Source of the DNA: Candidatus Woesearchaeota archaeon | Lineage (GTDB): Archaea > Nanobdellota > Nanobdellia > Woesearchaeales > WAPY01 | Reading direction: 5' to 3' | Length of the DNA: 64,000 nucleotides | Assembly (NCBI GenBank): GCA_049700835.1 | Contig: JBNAUL010000001.1 | Coordinates: forward strand, 246,043-310,042 | Translations under genes and position numbers: made by a program | Part shown: positions 10,166 to 20,752 of the stretch, piece by piece | Layout of the letters: every line of letters starts with the position of its first letter | Position numbering within the stretch: position 1 is the first letter of the stretch | Notes under the pieces: generated by a model | Databases searched by the model: none | Told to the model about the DNA's origin: nothing | What the model saw: only the letters and a program-made list of their open reading frames with translations

Positions 10166-10768
10166 TCAGATATCAATGATTTTGCCGTTTTTTCCAACAT
10201 TTATAACCAATGTCTTGCCTATCTTTTCTTCAATTCCTTCTGCCTCGTGAACATGACTGCAAAGAAGTATGTCTGGCTTCAATTCTTCAATTGCTTTTCT
10301 CACAGCAGAACTTCCTTTAAAGAATTTTGTAAAGTTTTCCATCTTAGAATTAGAAGGGTGAACATGAGTTACCATTATTTTTTTGTCAGCATCTTTAACT
10401 CCTTCAAAACCCTTTTTAAGGAGATAAAACATCTCATCCTCGTCAATTTGGAAGAGCCCTATGTTTGCTCCTCCTGCCCCAAAAAATCCTATGTTGTTAT
10501 AAAAAAAATAATAGCCATGAAGATTTTTTATTTGATAAACATTTGCCAAGAAATCAACTGTTGAGACAGTTTCATGGTTTCCTGGAATAAGCAGAACATC
10601 CTTTCCTATTTCCTTGAAAGGGCCTATAAGGTTTTTTATTGATTTTTCTCCATTGGTTATATCGCCGCACAAAACCACAAGACTTACATCTTCCTTTTTT
10701 GCTTTCTCTGCAAGTTTCTTGACCAATCCAATGTCTCCGTGAATGTCTCCTGAAGCAAGTATTTTCAT
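10166..10768 (-). CDS. Calcineurin-like metallophosphoesterase
   Basis: DIHG, CGD, PGNHE, THVHP, HVHE motifs. Confidence 0.9.
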   Translation of the reverse strand: MKILASGDIHGDIGLVKKLAEKAKKEDVSLVVLCGDITNGEKSIKNLIGPFKEIGKDVLLIPGNHETVSTVDFLANVYQIKNLHGYYFFYNNIGFFGAGGANIGLFQIDEDEMFYLLKKGFEGVKDADKKIMVTHVHPSNSKMENFTKFFKGSSAVRKAIEELKPDILLCSHVHEAEGIEEKIGKTLVINVGKNGKIIDI

Positions 10769-10861
10769 ATTTTCAGCAGTTTGTTTTTCTTATTTAAAAA
10801 GTTTATCTATATTCCTTAAGAATTATGATTAAGCAAGATTAAGCAATATTCAAACAAGCAG

Positions 10862-11434
10862 TCATCTGTTTATTATTTTCGCTTCTTCTTTTGTGAGATC
10901 AACTATCGTTGAAGGTTTTCCGATAATTTCTCCATCGTATATTATGAAATCTGTTTCTGCTTTTATTCTTTCATCAAGGTTGTTGAGTGATGTCATGTAG
11001 TCCTCTCCACTTATGTTCACGCTTGTTGTTATTATCAGCAACTCTTCCTTTTGGAAATACTTTGTGAGCCAATGGTTTGGAATTCTTACGCCGATTGTTC
11101 CCAAATCATTGTTGACTTCCTTTGGAACAGCATTGGCATTCTGCAGTTTGAATATAAGGGTATAAGGCCCCGGAAGTTTCTTAATCCATTCCTCGTGTTC
11201 TTCTTTAACAATGCAGTTCTTATAAATCCATTCTTTTGACGGGATTATTATTGTAAAAGGCATTTTAGGTCTTTGCTTTATTTCCCTTACCTTATTAACT
11301 GCTTTTGGGTTTGTTGCTATGCATCCTATCCCATATATAGTGTCTGTAGGATAAATGAATACTGCTCCCTTTCTTATCATCCTTAAATACTCCTCATTGT
11401 TGAGTTCAAATTCTTCCTTAGAGAGTATTATCAT
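10862..11434 (-). CDS. tsaC: L-threonylcarbamoyladenylate synthase (TsaC/Sua5, single domain)
   Basis: YPTDTIYG, K.R, PGPYT, GVRIP, TSVN.SG, PSTIVD. Confidence 0.9.
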   Translation of the reverse strand: MIILSKEEFELNNEEYLRMIRKGAVFIYPTDTIYGIGCIATNPKAVNKVREIKQRPKMPFTIIIPSKEWIYKNCIVKEEHEEWIKKLPGPYTLIFKLQNANAVPKEVNNDLGTIGVRIPNHWLTKYFQKEELLIITTSVNISGEDYMTSLNNLDERIKAETDFIIYDGEIIGKPSTIVDLTKEEAKIINR

Positions 11435-11506
11435 CTTAACCCCCTAAGGATTAGAAAAGGATTTGCTGATTTAAAAATCTTTGCTTTTAAAATAATAATA
11501 AGAACC

Positions 11507-12499
11507 TCAACCAATGTCAAAAAGATTTGCAACGAAACTCTTACAACTTATTGTCCTAAAAACATTCTTAAGATTACCATTTTTCAAAGCATCATAGGTT
11601 AAACACTGTTTGAAAGATCTTCTCAGTTCCGCAGGGTTTTCAAGATTAAGATTAGTAGATTTAAACTTCATAACAGAATAACCTGCGTTTTCAACATCTC
11701 CAAGCACAGAGTCGATTCCTACCACAACAGGAATCAATTTTTCATTTGAATAAGACAAAACTTTTTTTCTGTAAGGAAATATTAATTCAAAATTGTCAAA
11801 GATTTTCGGCACTTGGCAATTCCATTCAATAGCATCAGTTTTTGTTTTTTCAGATTCCAACAATCCATTCAGTGTTTTTTCATCAATTCCAGAAACAAAT
11901 CTCATGAAAGGATGAGCAATTATTATTATAGAATTTTTTTCCTTTAACTCAGCAATCATTTCTTTCGTGCTTTCAACGCCCTTGCCGCAATATTTTCTGA
12001 AAATATTTTCAATACTTCTGTCATAAAAGAATGCAAGAGTGTGCGGAGGGCTCTTTATTCCAAAGTGAAGTTCCATTCCCTTGACAAGATAAATATCTGA
12101 CATTTTATTCTGGTTTTTTTCATAAAATGAAAACCTTGCAAAATAATCATTAAATTCTAAACCTATTTCCTCAATTGAATTTTCCTTAGCTATCCTTTCA
12201 AAATCTTTCTTTTCTTTTTTTTGGTTTGTTTATTTCTCTTTTGATAAATTTGATTGTTTTTGACATTTCATTCTTATTCTCAAGTTTTCTTAAGAAATTG
12301 TAATAATCCTTATCGCTTATTCTTTCCTTATAACTTGTTCCTGCAAGCACTATAAAATTTCTTTTTGGCTCTGCATCGAAAGCGCTGACTATTAATCTTT
12401 CAAGCCCAAGATTATTTTTATCCTTGGGAATGTGAACATGAAACTCGTATTTTGCATGACAGATTCCATTGACTCTTTAGCATTTTTCTCTTCGTTCAT
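11507..12499 (-). pseudogene. PHP-domain phosphoesterase-like gene with two compensating frameshifts
   Basis: RBS plus ATG at 12499; EFHVH motif in the -1 frame; returns to frame at an A8 run near 12215-12222; then GME, AHP, IEWN, GIDS motifs in 11507-12103. Confidence 0.6.
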
Positions 12500-12612
12500 G
12501 TTTGCACCTAAAAAAGAAGAAAAACTCAATTTTAAAATCTTTCTATTTTAATTACTAATTAGTGATAAATAATCTCTATTTGTTGTTTGCTCATTGCTTT
12601 GCTTGCAGATTT

Positions 12613-14046
12613 TTATCCTTTCATAACTCCCAAAGGAACTAATTTTGCAACAAGATTGCCAATCCCTAACTTGTGCGAAATCAAAACAACCTCGTCTATG
12701 TCCTTGTAAACATCAGGAGCTTCTTCAGCAATTCCTTTCCAGGAAACGCCCTTGACATAAATTCCCTTGGCTTTTAGGCTGTTTGCTATCTGTTCCCCTC
12801 TAAATTGCTTCAATGCTTGAATTCTTGACATAACCCTTCCAGCTCCATGGGCTGTGCTTCCAAAACTAATCTCCTCTGCTTTCTTGGTTCCAACAAGAAC
12901 ATAGGAAGAAGTTCCCATGCTTCCAGGAATGATTACAGGTTGCCCAAAATTCCTATAAACTTCAGGAACTTCTTTTCTTCCAGGACCAAAACTCCTTGTT
13001 GCTCCCTTTCTATGGACTACTAATTTTCTATTAATGCCATCAACAACATGCTCCTCAACCTTTGCAATGTTGTGGCACACATCGTAGACCTGCTTTATCT
13101 CAACATTTCCAAACAATTCATCAAATGCCTGTCTCACATAGAATGCAATCATCTGCCTGTTAGCAAATGCAAAATTCACAGCAGAGCACATTGCTTTGAA
13201 ATACCTTTGCCCGTATTCAGAGTTGAATGGAGCATTAACGAGTTCTCTATCAGGTAGGTTCTTTGAACCAAATTTCTCTTCAAAAATCTCAATATAGTCA
13301 GAAGCTATTTGATGCCCTAAACCGCGGGAACCGCAATGAATCATTACTGTTATCTGCCCTTTTAATAATCCAAATGCGTTTGCCATTTTTTCATCATAAA
13401 CTTCTTTTACAAGCTGAACTTCAAGAAAATGATTTCCGCTGCCAAGGGTTCCGAGCTGATTTTTTCCTCTTGAGAAAGCTCTCTCTGAAACAAAATCAGG
13501 ATTTGCTTCCTTCATGCAGCCGTATTCTTCAGTTGTTTCAAGATCTTCCCTTGAAGCATAGCCTTTTTGCAGGCACCACTCAGCTCCTTTTGATAGAACC
13601 TCTTTCAGTTCATCCTTGTTAATCTTTAAACCTCCTATTTCGCCAATCCCAGCAGGAACTTTTGAAAATATTTTGTCAACAATCTGTGGAATTTTGTCTT
13701 TGATATCTGCGTAATTCAGGTTTGTCCTCAACAACCTAACCCCACAATTGATATCATAACCAACGCCTCCAGGGCTTATTATTCCTTGGTTTATGTCAAA
13801 AGCCCCAACCCCCCCAATTGGAAAACCATAACCCTCGTGAGCATCAGGCATTACAAGAGCATGCTTTACAATCCCTCGCAGAGTTGCAACATTTATCAGT
13901 TGCTGTATTGTTTTGTCCTCCTTTATCTTATTTAAAAGTTTTTCAGAACTGTAGATTACCGCAGGCACATTCATAGAACCCTGCTTTTCAACAGTCCAAA
14001 CATAATCGCTTTTCTTCTTTATTTCATAGTTCATACAAACCACCAA
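12613..14046 (-). CDS. rtcB: RNA-splicing ligase RtcB
   Basis: MPDAHEGYGFPIGG, GYDINCG, GSGNHF, HCGSRG, HRKGAT, PGSMG, HGAGR. Confidence 0.97.
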   Translation of the reverse strand: MVVCMNYEIKKKSDYVWTVEKQGSMNVPAVIYSSEKLLNKIKEDKTIQQLINVATLRGIVKHALVMPDAHEGYGFPIGGVGAFDINQGIISPGGVGYDINCGVRLLRTNLNYADIKDKIPQIVDKIFSKVPAGIGEIGGLKINKDELKEVLSKGAEWCLQKGYASREDLETTEEYGCMKEANPDFVSERAFSRGKNQLGTLGSGNHFLEVQLVKEVYDEKMANAFGLLKGQITVMIHCGSRGLGHQIASDYIEIFEEKFGSKNLPDRELVNAPFNSEYGQRYFKAMCSAVNFAFANRQMIAFYVRQAFDELFGNVEIKQVYDVCHNIAKVEEHVVDGINRKLVVHRKGATRSFGPGRKEVPEVYRNFGQPVIIPGSMGTSSYVLVGTKKAEEISFGSTAHGAGRVMSRIQALKQFRGEQIANSLKAKGIYVKGVSWKGIAEEAPDVYKDIDEVVLISHKLGIGNLVAKLVPLGVMKG

Positions 14047-14105
14047 AGATTAGTTGCATAATTTTAATACAAGAACATAAGATTTGTTTTTAATTTAAAA
14101 ATATT

Positions 14106-15158
14106 TTGAATCAAAAAAGAAAAGAAACAAAAAAAGAAAATTTTAATACTCTAAAAATTTTAAAACTTACAAACAGTTTATCAAAGGATTTTAAAGGTGC
14201 TGCAATGGAGCTCAAAGAATTGGAAAACAAAATGAAAATCAAGCCAGAGACTGAAACAAGAAGAATAGTTAATTTTATTCAAGATTTTCTTAAGAAGTTG
14301 AAAAGGGAAAGAATAGTTATTGGATTAAGCGGAGGCTTGGATTCAAGTGTGATTTTAGAGCTCTGCATAAGAGCGATTGAAAACAAAAAAATAACCGCTT
14401 TGATAATGCCTGACAAGGACACGAGCAGAAAACACCTCAGGGATGCTGTTCTTTCAGCAAAAAAATCAGGGGTTAATTACAAGATTATAAATATAACAAG
14501 ACACCAAAAGGTTTTTGGAACCTATTACTTGTCATTTTACAATAAATTTTTCATACCGAGAATTCTGAGTGAGAAACTTTCAAAAAAGGCCTACTCGTAC
14601 TATGCTGAAAAAACCGAGAGTAGTCCATTCTCAGAATCAATTGTCTGCAGCAAACCTTCTGAAAAAATATTTTTCTCAAAATATGTAAAGGAAATTAATG
14701 CTTATTACAGGATAAAACACAGAATTAGGATGCTCTTGATGTACAAGTACGCTGAATTGAACAATGCCCTTGTCGTAGGGGCAGCAAACAAAACAGAATT
14801 CTTAACAGGATTCTTTGTGAAGCACGGCTGTGACAGCTCAACAGATATAATGCCCATAATGCATCTCTACAAAACCCAAGTTAGAATTTTGGCAGAATAC
14901 TTGGGAGTTGAAAAAAGAATAATCAACAAGGCGCCTTCTCCGGACATAATCCCTGGAATTGACGATGAATTTGCGCTTGGAATTGATTACAAGACGCTTG
15001 ACCTTTGCCTTTTGGGGCTTGAATTGAAAATAGGAAATGATGAACTTTCAAGGATTCTAAAAATCTCTTTAGAAAAGATTGAGCGCATAAAACTTCTTGT
15101 GAAAAATTCAGAGCACATGAGAAATGTTTATTCGTTATTGAAAAAAACATGTTTTTAA
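14106..15158 (+). CDS. nadE: NH3-dependent NAD+ synthetase (likely start 14205)
   Basis: GLSGGLDS, R.RM..LY-like, NKTE, KHGC, YKTQV, KAPSPD. Confidence 0.9.
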   Translation: MNQKRKETKKENFNTLKILKLTNSLSKDFKGAAMELKELENKMKIKPETETRRIVNFIQDFLKKLKRERIVIGLSGGLDSSVILELCIRAIENKKITALIMPDKDTSRKHLRDAVLSAKKSGVNYKIINITRHQKVFGTYYLSFYNKFFIPRILSEKLSKKAYSYYAEKTESSPFSESIVCSKPSEKIFFSKYVKEINAYYRIKHRIRMLLMYKYAELNNALVVGAANKTEFLTGFFVKHGCDSSTDIMPIMHLYKTQVRILAEYLGVEKRIINKAPSPDIIPGIDDEFALGIDYKTLDLCLLGLELKIGNDELSRILKISLEKIERIKLLVKNSEHMRNVYSLLKKTCF

Positions 15159-15209
15159 TTCACAAAACAGAAATTTTTATATAGTATGATAAATTAATTC
15201 TTTTTTGGG

Positions 15210-15821
15210 GTGATTTTAATGGGTTCTAACTTCAAGAAGTTCAAGACAGTTGAAAATTTTGCAAAGGCATTTGTTGGAGAATGCATGGCGAGAAACAGAT
15301 ACACATTCTATGCAAGCACTGCAAAAAAAGAGGGCTATGAGCAAATCTCAGAAATATTCACAATAACAGCAGACAATGAAAGAGAACACGCAAGTTGGTT
15401 TTACAAAATGCTCATGGAAATAAGAGACAAACACAATATTGATCTTAGCGATTTGAAAATAGAAACGCATGTTCCTGTACTTAGAGCAACAACTCTTGAA
15501 AATTTGAAAGGAGCAATAATAGGGGAAACAGAGGAATACAGCATGCTCTATCCTGAATTTGCAAGGATAGCAGAAGAAGAGGGTTTTAAAGAGATTGCTG
15601 CAAGGATAAGAGCAATAGCAGTTGCTGAAAAACACCATTCAGAGAGGTACTCAAAACTGAAAAAAGAGTTGGAAGCAGGAACTCTGTTCAAGAAAAACAA
15701 GGAAACATGGTGGGTTTGCAGGGAATGCGGTTATGTTCATTACGGTGCAGAGCCACCTGAAAAATGCCCTTCCTGTGGACACGAGAGGGCTTTTTATCAA
15801 GTGATGTGCGAGAATTATTAA
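15210..15821 (+). CDS. rbr: Rubrerythrin
   Basis: AFVGE..ARNRY, EREHA, EKHH, C-terminal CRECG/CPSC rubredoxin-like site. Confidence 0.95.
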   Translation: MILMGSNFKKFKTVENFAKAFVGECMARNRYTFYASTAKKEGYEQISEIFTITADNEREHASWFYKMLMEIRDKHNIDLSDLKIETHVPVLRATTLENLKGAIIGETEEYSMLYPEFARIAEEEGFKEIAARIRAIAVAEKHHSERYSKLKKELEAGTLFKKNKETWWVCRECGYVHYGAEPPEKCPSCGHERAFYQVMCENY

Positions 15822-15856
15822 CAGAAAAATAAATAGAATTTTTTTTTTAAAATAAA

Positions 15857-16567
15857 ATGATGAAAATGAATGCAAAAGCCCTTTACAAAATCAGTTATGG
15901 ACTCTATGTTGTAAGTTCAAAATTGGATGACAATAAATTCAATGCTCAAATAGTAAACACAGTATTTCAGGTTACTTCAGAACCAAAAAAACTCGCTTTT
16001 GCAACAAACAAGCAAAACTTTACTCACAACTACTTGGTTAAGAGCAAGGTTGTGGGGATAAGCGTTTTATCTAAAGATACGCCATTGGAGTTTATTGGAA
16101 GGTTTGGCTTTAAATCAGGAAGGGATTTCAACAAATTTGAAGGGATAAACTACAAAATCGGAATTTCAGGAGCGCCAATAGTTTTAGATAATGCCACAGC
16201 ATTCATAGAAGGAAGAATAGTTAAGAGTTTTGATTTAGGAACCCACACTCTGTTTATAGCAGAAGTTGTTGATGCTGAAATTATTGATGAGAAAGAACCA
16301 ATGACATATGACTACTATCAAAAAATAAAAAAGGGTTTTGTTCCAAAAACAGCACCGACTTATAATGAGGACTTAAATTCAATAGGAAATTTAAATAAAG
16401 AAAAACCAAAGAGGTACAGGTGCAAGGTTTGCGGCTATGTTTATGACACAGAAATTGGAGACAGTGCACATAATGTTAAACCAGGAACAAAGTTTGAGGA
16501 ACTTCCTGAAAACTGGAAGTGTCCTGTATGCGGAGTTTCAAAAGAATATTTTGAAGTTTTAAATTAA
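15857..16567 (+). CDS. Flavin reductase-rubredoxin fusion (high-molecular-weight rubredoxin)
   Basis: [26 protein letters not shown]-terminal CKVCGY/CPVCG. Confidence 0.9.
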   Translation: MMKMNAKALYKISYGLYVVSSKLDDNKFNAQIVNTVFQVTSEPKKLAFATNKQNFTHNYLVKSKVVGISVLSKDTPLEFIGRFGFKSGRDFNKFEGINYKIGISGAPIVLDNATAFIEGRIVKSFDLGTHTLFIAEVVDAEIIDEKEPMTYDYYQKIKKGFVPKTAPTYNEDLNSIGNLNKEKPKRYRCKVCGYVYDTEIGDSAHNVKPGTKFEELPENWKCPVCGVSKEYFEVLN

Positions 16568-16587
16568 AAATAATTAAAAATAAGGAG

Positions 16588-17295
16588 GTGGTTTTTATGG
16601 ACGATGAAATAAAAAGCTTGCCATTGATTGGTGATAAGATACCAAGTTTTGAAGCGCAGACAACTATGGGCAAAATAAAAGTGCCGGATTTTTACAAGGG
16701 AAAATGGTTTGTTTTGTTCAGCCATCCGGCTGATTTCACGCCTGTTTGCACAACAGAGTTTGTTGCGTTTCAAAAAAGATATCAAGAATTTAAGAAGTTA
16801 AACTGCGAGCTGATAGGACTAAGTATAGACCAAGTTTTCAGTCACATAAAGTGGAAGGAATGGATTAATGAAAAACTAAAAGTAAAAATAGAATTTCCAA
16901 TAATTGCCGATGACCAAGGAGAAATTGCTAAAAGCTTAGGCATGCTTCATCCTAAGAAAGGGAAGAATACTGTCAGAGCAGTATTTATCGTTGATCCTAA
17001 TGGAACTATAAGAACAATACTTTACTATCCGCAGGAAGTTGGAAGAAATATGGATGAAATTTTAAGAGTTGTGAGAGCATTGCAAGTGGCAGATAGAGAA
17101 GGAGTTGCTATGCCGGCAAATTGGCCTAACAACGAGTTAATAGGAGATAATGTTATAATTCCTCCAGCAACAGATGAAAAAACAGCAATGAAGAGGTTAA
17201 CAGAATTTAAGAATTATGATTGGTGGTTTTGTTATAAAAAATTAGAATCAAAAAATAGAAATTTTTTTAAAAATGTTACTGAGGTGAGATTATGA
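16588..17295 (+). CDS. Peroxiredoxin (Prx6/archaeal TPx type)
   Basis: [33 protein letters not shown]. Confidence 0.95.
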   Translation: MVFMDDEIKSLPLIGDKIPSFEAQTTMGKIKVPDFYKGKWFVLFSHPADFTPVCTTEFVAFQKRYQEFKKLNCELIGLSIDQVFSHIKWKEWINEKLKVKIEFPIIADDQGEIAKSLGMLHPKKGKNTVRAVFIVDPNGTIRTILYYPQEVGRNMDEILRVVRALQVADREGVAMPANWPNNELIGDNVIIPPATDEKTAMKRLTEFKNYDWWFCYKKLESKNRNFFKNVTEVRL

Positions 17296-17672
17296 CTGAA
17301 AGATTGCAGGTTTATAGATGCAATGTTTGCGGGAACATCGTTGAGGTTTTGAATACAGGAGCAGGAACTTTAGTATGCTGCAATCAAAAAATGGAATTGT
17401 TGAAGGAAAAAGAAGAAGATGTTGGAATGGAAAAGCATGTTCCAGTGATAGAAAAAACAAAATCAGGAGTGAATGTAAAAGTAGGTTCTGTTCCGCATCC
17501 AATGGAAGAAAAACACTTCATACAATGGATTGAGTTGGTAACAGAAAAGAATTCTTACTTAAAATTTTTAAAACCAGGAGAAAAACCAGAAGCAGAGTTT
17601 AAGATCAATAAAGAAAAAGTTTTATTTGCCAGAGAATACTGTAACATGCATGGGTTTTGGAAGAGCAAGTAA
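17292..17672 (+). CDS. dfx: Desulfoferrodoxin (2Fe superoxide reductase)
   Basis: CNVCGN...LVCC, EKHVP, HPM...H.IQWIE, YCNMHG. Confidence 0.95.
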   Translation: MTERLQVYRCNVCGNIVEVLNTGAGTLVCCNQKMELLKEKEEDVGMEKHVPVIEKTKSGVNVKVGSVPHPMEEKHFIQWIELVTEKNSYLKFLKPGEKPEAEFKINKEKVLFAREYCNMHGFWKSK

Positions 17673-17780
17673 AAGAAGTTTTGTTTTTATTTGTTTTTTA
17701 TATTTTACTTAATGTTCTTAAACAACTTCGTGAAAAATTTTGAAAGTGATTTAAAAATAATTTTAAGAGGATTTGCTTGA

Positions 17781-18098
17781 ATGATAGAAAAAATTCCTAC
17801 TGAAAAAAATTCAATAAGAATAATTGAAAATGATAATAAGAAAAACCATATTTTGGTTATAAAAAAGATAATAAATGATTTTAATGCTCATAGAAGTCCT
17901 GAAATAACTGCTGAGTTTATTTTTATTAAGAACAAATTCTTGAGAATTAGCTTCTCTGGAAGTTTTTGTTATGCTTGTGGTTTTTACGATTACTTTGAAG
18001 ATTTTTTAATTGAGTTAGAAAAGCATAAAATTAAAGCAAAAACAATAAATATAAAAGAAGTTGGTAATAAAATCCTTGTAGATTACAAATTAATTTAA
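17781..18098 (+). CDS. Hypothetical CxxC protein
   Basis: HRSPE and GSFCYACGFYDYFED motifs; lies within the redox cluster. Confidence 0.65.
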   Translation: MIEKIPTEKNSIRIIENDNKKNHILVIKKIINDFNAHRSPEITAEFIFIKNKFLRISFSGSFCYACGFYDYFEDFLIELEKHKIKAKTINIKEVGNKILVDYKLI

Positions 18099-18159
18099 AT
18101 TTTTAATAATTTTTGTTTACTAACTTTTTTGAATTAACTCGATTTAATAAGGTGTTTTA

Positions 18160-18819
18160 ATGAAACCAAAAGAATTTGAATTAATAAAAAAGATAGAAAA
18201 TTTAAAGAAAACAAGCATTAAGAAAAAAATAAACAGCAGAATAAGAGAATTTGAAGATATTTTAAGAAAGAGAAATTATAACAAAATAATGAGCGAGTTG
18301 TTCTTCTGCATTCTGACTGCAAACTTCAATGCAGAGAGGAGCATAAAAATACAGAACACCATCGGAGATGATTTCTTAAAACTTAGAGATTACGAGCTTG
18401 CTTCAAGGCTAAAAGATTGTGGTCACAGATTTCCAAATACTCGGGCAAACTTTATCTGCAACGCAAGAGAAAGGAAAAAAGAGATAATTGAGAAAATAAA
18501 AAGCATAAATGAAAATCATGGAGAGCATGAAGAGCACGAAATTAGGGAATGGTTGGTTAAGAACATAAAAGGAATTGGTTACAAGGAAGCATCCCATTTC
18601 TTGAGAAACATTGGTTTTAAGAATTTGGCAATAATAGATTTTCACATCGTTGATATTCTTGAAAGGCACAAAATTATAAAGAGGCCAAAAAACCTGGGTA
18701 AAAAAAATTATTTGAAAATAGAATCTGTTCTCAAAGAAATAGCAGGAAAAACCAATCTTAGTTTGGCAGAACTTGATTTGTACCTTTGGTTTCTTGAAAC
18801 AGGAAAAATATTGAAATAA
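18160..18819 (+). CDS. ogg: 8-oxoguanine DNA glycosylase/AP lyase (Ogg2 type)
   Basis: ELFFCILTAN, HRFPN.R, KGIGYKEASHFLRN, AIIDFH, LDLYLW. Confidence 0.92.
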   Translation: MKPKEFELIKKIENLKKTSIKKKINSRIREFEDILRKRNYNKIMSELFFCILTANFNAERSIKIQNTIGDDFLKLRDYELASRLKDCGHRFPNTRANFICNARERKKEIIEKIKSINENHGEHEEHEIREWLVKNIKGIGYKEASHFLRNIGFKNLAIIDFHIVDILERHKIIKRPKNLGKKNYLKIESVLKEIAGKTNLSLAELDLYLWFLETGKILK

Positions 18820-18852
18820 ATATTAGACCAAATATGAAAACAACACAAAAAC

Positions 18853-19419
18853 CTAAAATTCTTTTTTGTTTTTGAGATAATCAACTACTCCAGGAGTTAT
18901 CTCAGGATTTCCATCTTTGCCAAGCAAAAACCTGAAAGGAAGAATAACCTCTTCATTCTTTCTAATCTTTAAAATAATCCTGTCTTTGAACTTCAACTCC
19001 TCAAACTTTCTCCCTTCAAGGATAAGTTTTGCAACTTTGACAGCAGTATCTGTTGGCATTTGTTTTTTTCCAAGATTTCTTGTTTTGCAGCAAAACTTTG
19101 AACTAAGGAGTTTTTGAGTTCTTTTTTTAGCAGGAAAATCCCCAAGAATTCCGCCAAAAACAAAATAATCAAATTTTTTTGAATCTTTGCAATCCAATCT
19201 TTTCTTAGCTTCAGGATCAAGAACGCAAACCCTTTTCAGATTTAATTCAGATACAGATTTTTCCATTACTGTACCATAATCCTTTAATTTTTCAAAAAAT
19301 TTTCTTCTTATGTTTGTAAATATAAGATTATCTCTGCCGACAATTTTTGAAATATTGACATATTCCAAATAACACCACTTTGGCAGTCCATTTTCCAAAT
19401 GTTCTATTATATATTTCAT
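18853..19419 (-). CDS. Sfm1/DUF431-like SPOUT methyltransferase
   Basis: YIIEHLE, LEY, VLDP, FVFGGILGD, RNLG..QM.TDTAV, LPFR. Confidence 0.85.
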   Translation of the reverse strand: MKYIIEHLENGLPKWCYLEYVNISKIVGRDNLIFTNIRRKFFEKLKDYGTVMEKSVSELNLKRVCVLDPEAKKRLDCKDSKKFDYFVFGGILGDFPAKKRTQKLLSSKFCCKTRNLGKKQMPTDTAVKVAKLILEGRKFEELKFKDRIILKIRKNEEVILPFRFLLGKDGNPEITPGVVDYLKNKKEF

Positions 19420-19452
19420 TCTAAAAAAGCCCTAAAAATCAGCTAAAATAAG

Positions 19453-19899
19453 CTAAACATCAAGAGTTATTTCAGCAACATAAAATCCATACCCTCTCTT
19501 GAAAACAAAATCATTGTAAGTAACAGCCTTAACACTGAGGGAAAAATCGTATTCTTTAAGATTTTTATCCCCTAAGACAAACGCATTCAGAACATAAAAA
19601 CCTTTCTTGCGCGTGATTTTTACGCATTCCAATTCAGATGCAATGAAATTCTCAGAATCCAACAAGAACAAAATCTCTTCCAAAAATTTTATCAACAATT
19701 TGTCAAGAGTTTTTGCTTTGACCTCAACCCCTATTTTTTCTTTTTTTTTAACCTTATCAGAATCAACCATTACATTGATCATAGCTCTAAATGAATTTTT
19801 AAGAAGTTCTTCAAAGTCCTTGCCAACAGCCCTAAATCTAACATCTGCTGTTTTCTTCAGGTATTCAAATTCCCTTTTAGTAGAGTTGCACTCCCTCAT
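19453..19899 (-). CDS. Archease
   Basis: TADV, VKAVTY, terminal LDV. Confidence 0.9.
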   Translation of the reverse strand: MRECNSTKREFEYLKKTADVRFRAVGKDFEELLKNSFRAMINVMVDSDKVKKKEKIGVEVKAKTLDKLLIKFLEEILFLLDSENFIASELECVKITRKKGFYVLNAFVLGDKNLKEYDFSLSVKAVTYNDFVFKRGYGFYVAEITLDV

Positions 19900-20113
19900 A
19901 AAAATCTAAATCTTCTTCTTCGTTGCCTTTTGTTTTTTTATTTTCTCCCGCTGTATTTTCCTGTTTTCCGAAGAAATCAGCAAATTGCTCTGAAGCTTCA
20001 GAAGCAATCTCAAAGTTCTTCTTTGGTTCCTTTTTTACAACAGCGTTCAGAAAGCTTATCAATGCTTCAATATCCTCTTTTGAATCGTTCTTCGTGTCAA
20101 GTATTATTTTCAT
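19877..20113 (-). CDS. Hypothetical protein
   Basis: 78-aa ORF with GGAGG RBS; overlaps the archease start. Confidence 0.7.
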   Translation of the reverse strand: MKIILDTKNDSKEDIEALISFLNAVVKKEPKKNFEIASEASEQFADFFGKQENTAGENKKTKGNEEEDLDFYEGVQLY

Positions 20114-20224
20114 GGCAATCCTCCTTTTTTTGTTTGCATATTGTTTGCATCAACGCATTATATAATCTATAATATTTAATATATGATTTTATTTATTTTG
20201 CGATTTGCATTTTAATTTTTGTAA

Positions 20225-20752
20225 TTATTTTTTCCAGTAATATATTCTTATTATTTTGTATTTGCTGCTGTTTGTCTTGTTGTAAATAAACAATGATTCT
20301 GAAAAAACATCTTTGTCAGCAAAAACCAAACTTAAATTCTGGTTTTTGGTTATTATGAAAGAAAAGTTATAGTTTTTTGCGCTTGCATTAAATATTTCCT
20401 CTAAAAAAGCCCTGACCAAAGTATAGTTCTCGTTCAAAACAGCACTTCTAAAATCCTCGTTGTAAGGAAAGTTCCTAAATATGTAAGATTTTTGCTCCTT
20501 AAACTTGTTTTGTTCTGGCAGAACAAAGATTATGAACAACAAAGTTATTATGACTGCAACAACCATTTCAAGAGTTCTTATCACTCCTTCTCTTTTCTTT
20601 TTGTTTGCTCTGAAAAATCTACCAGGTAGCAATTGTGATAATTTCATTTTCATAGCTCCCATTGCGATGCAGTATTGGTTTTGAGACTGTTCTTGCATAT
20701 ATGTTAAGATTTTCAATAGTTTCGTTTCCGTAATAAAAAACACTATTACCAA
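20225..20752 (-). CDS. Class III signal-peptide-like (pilin-like) protein; true start probably about 20650-20660
   Basis: KKKREG|VIRTLEMVVAVIITLLFIIF; Asn-rich ectodomain. Confidence 0.6.
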   Translation of the reverse strand: MVIVFFITETKLLKILTYMQEQSQNQYCIAMGAMKMKLSQLLPGRFFRANKKKREGVIRTLEMVVAVIITLLFIIFVLPEQNKFKEQKSYIFRNFPYNEDFRSAVLNENYTLVRAFLEEIFNASAKNYNFSFIITKNQNLSLVFADKDVFSESLFIYNKTNSSKYKIIRIYYWKK

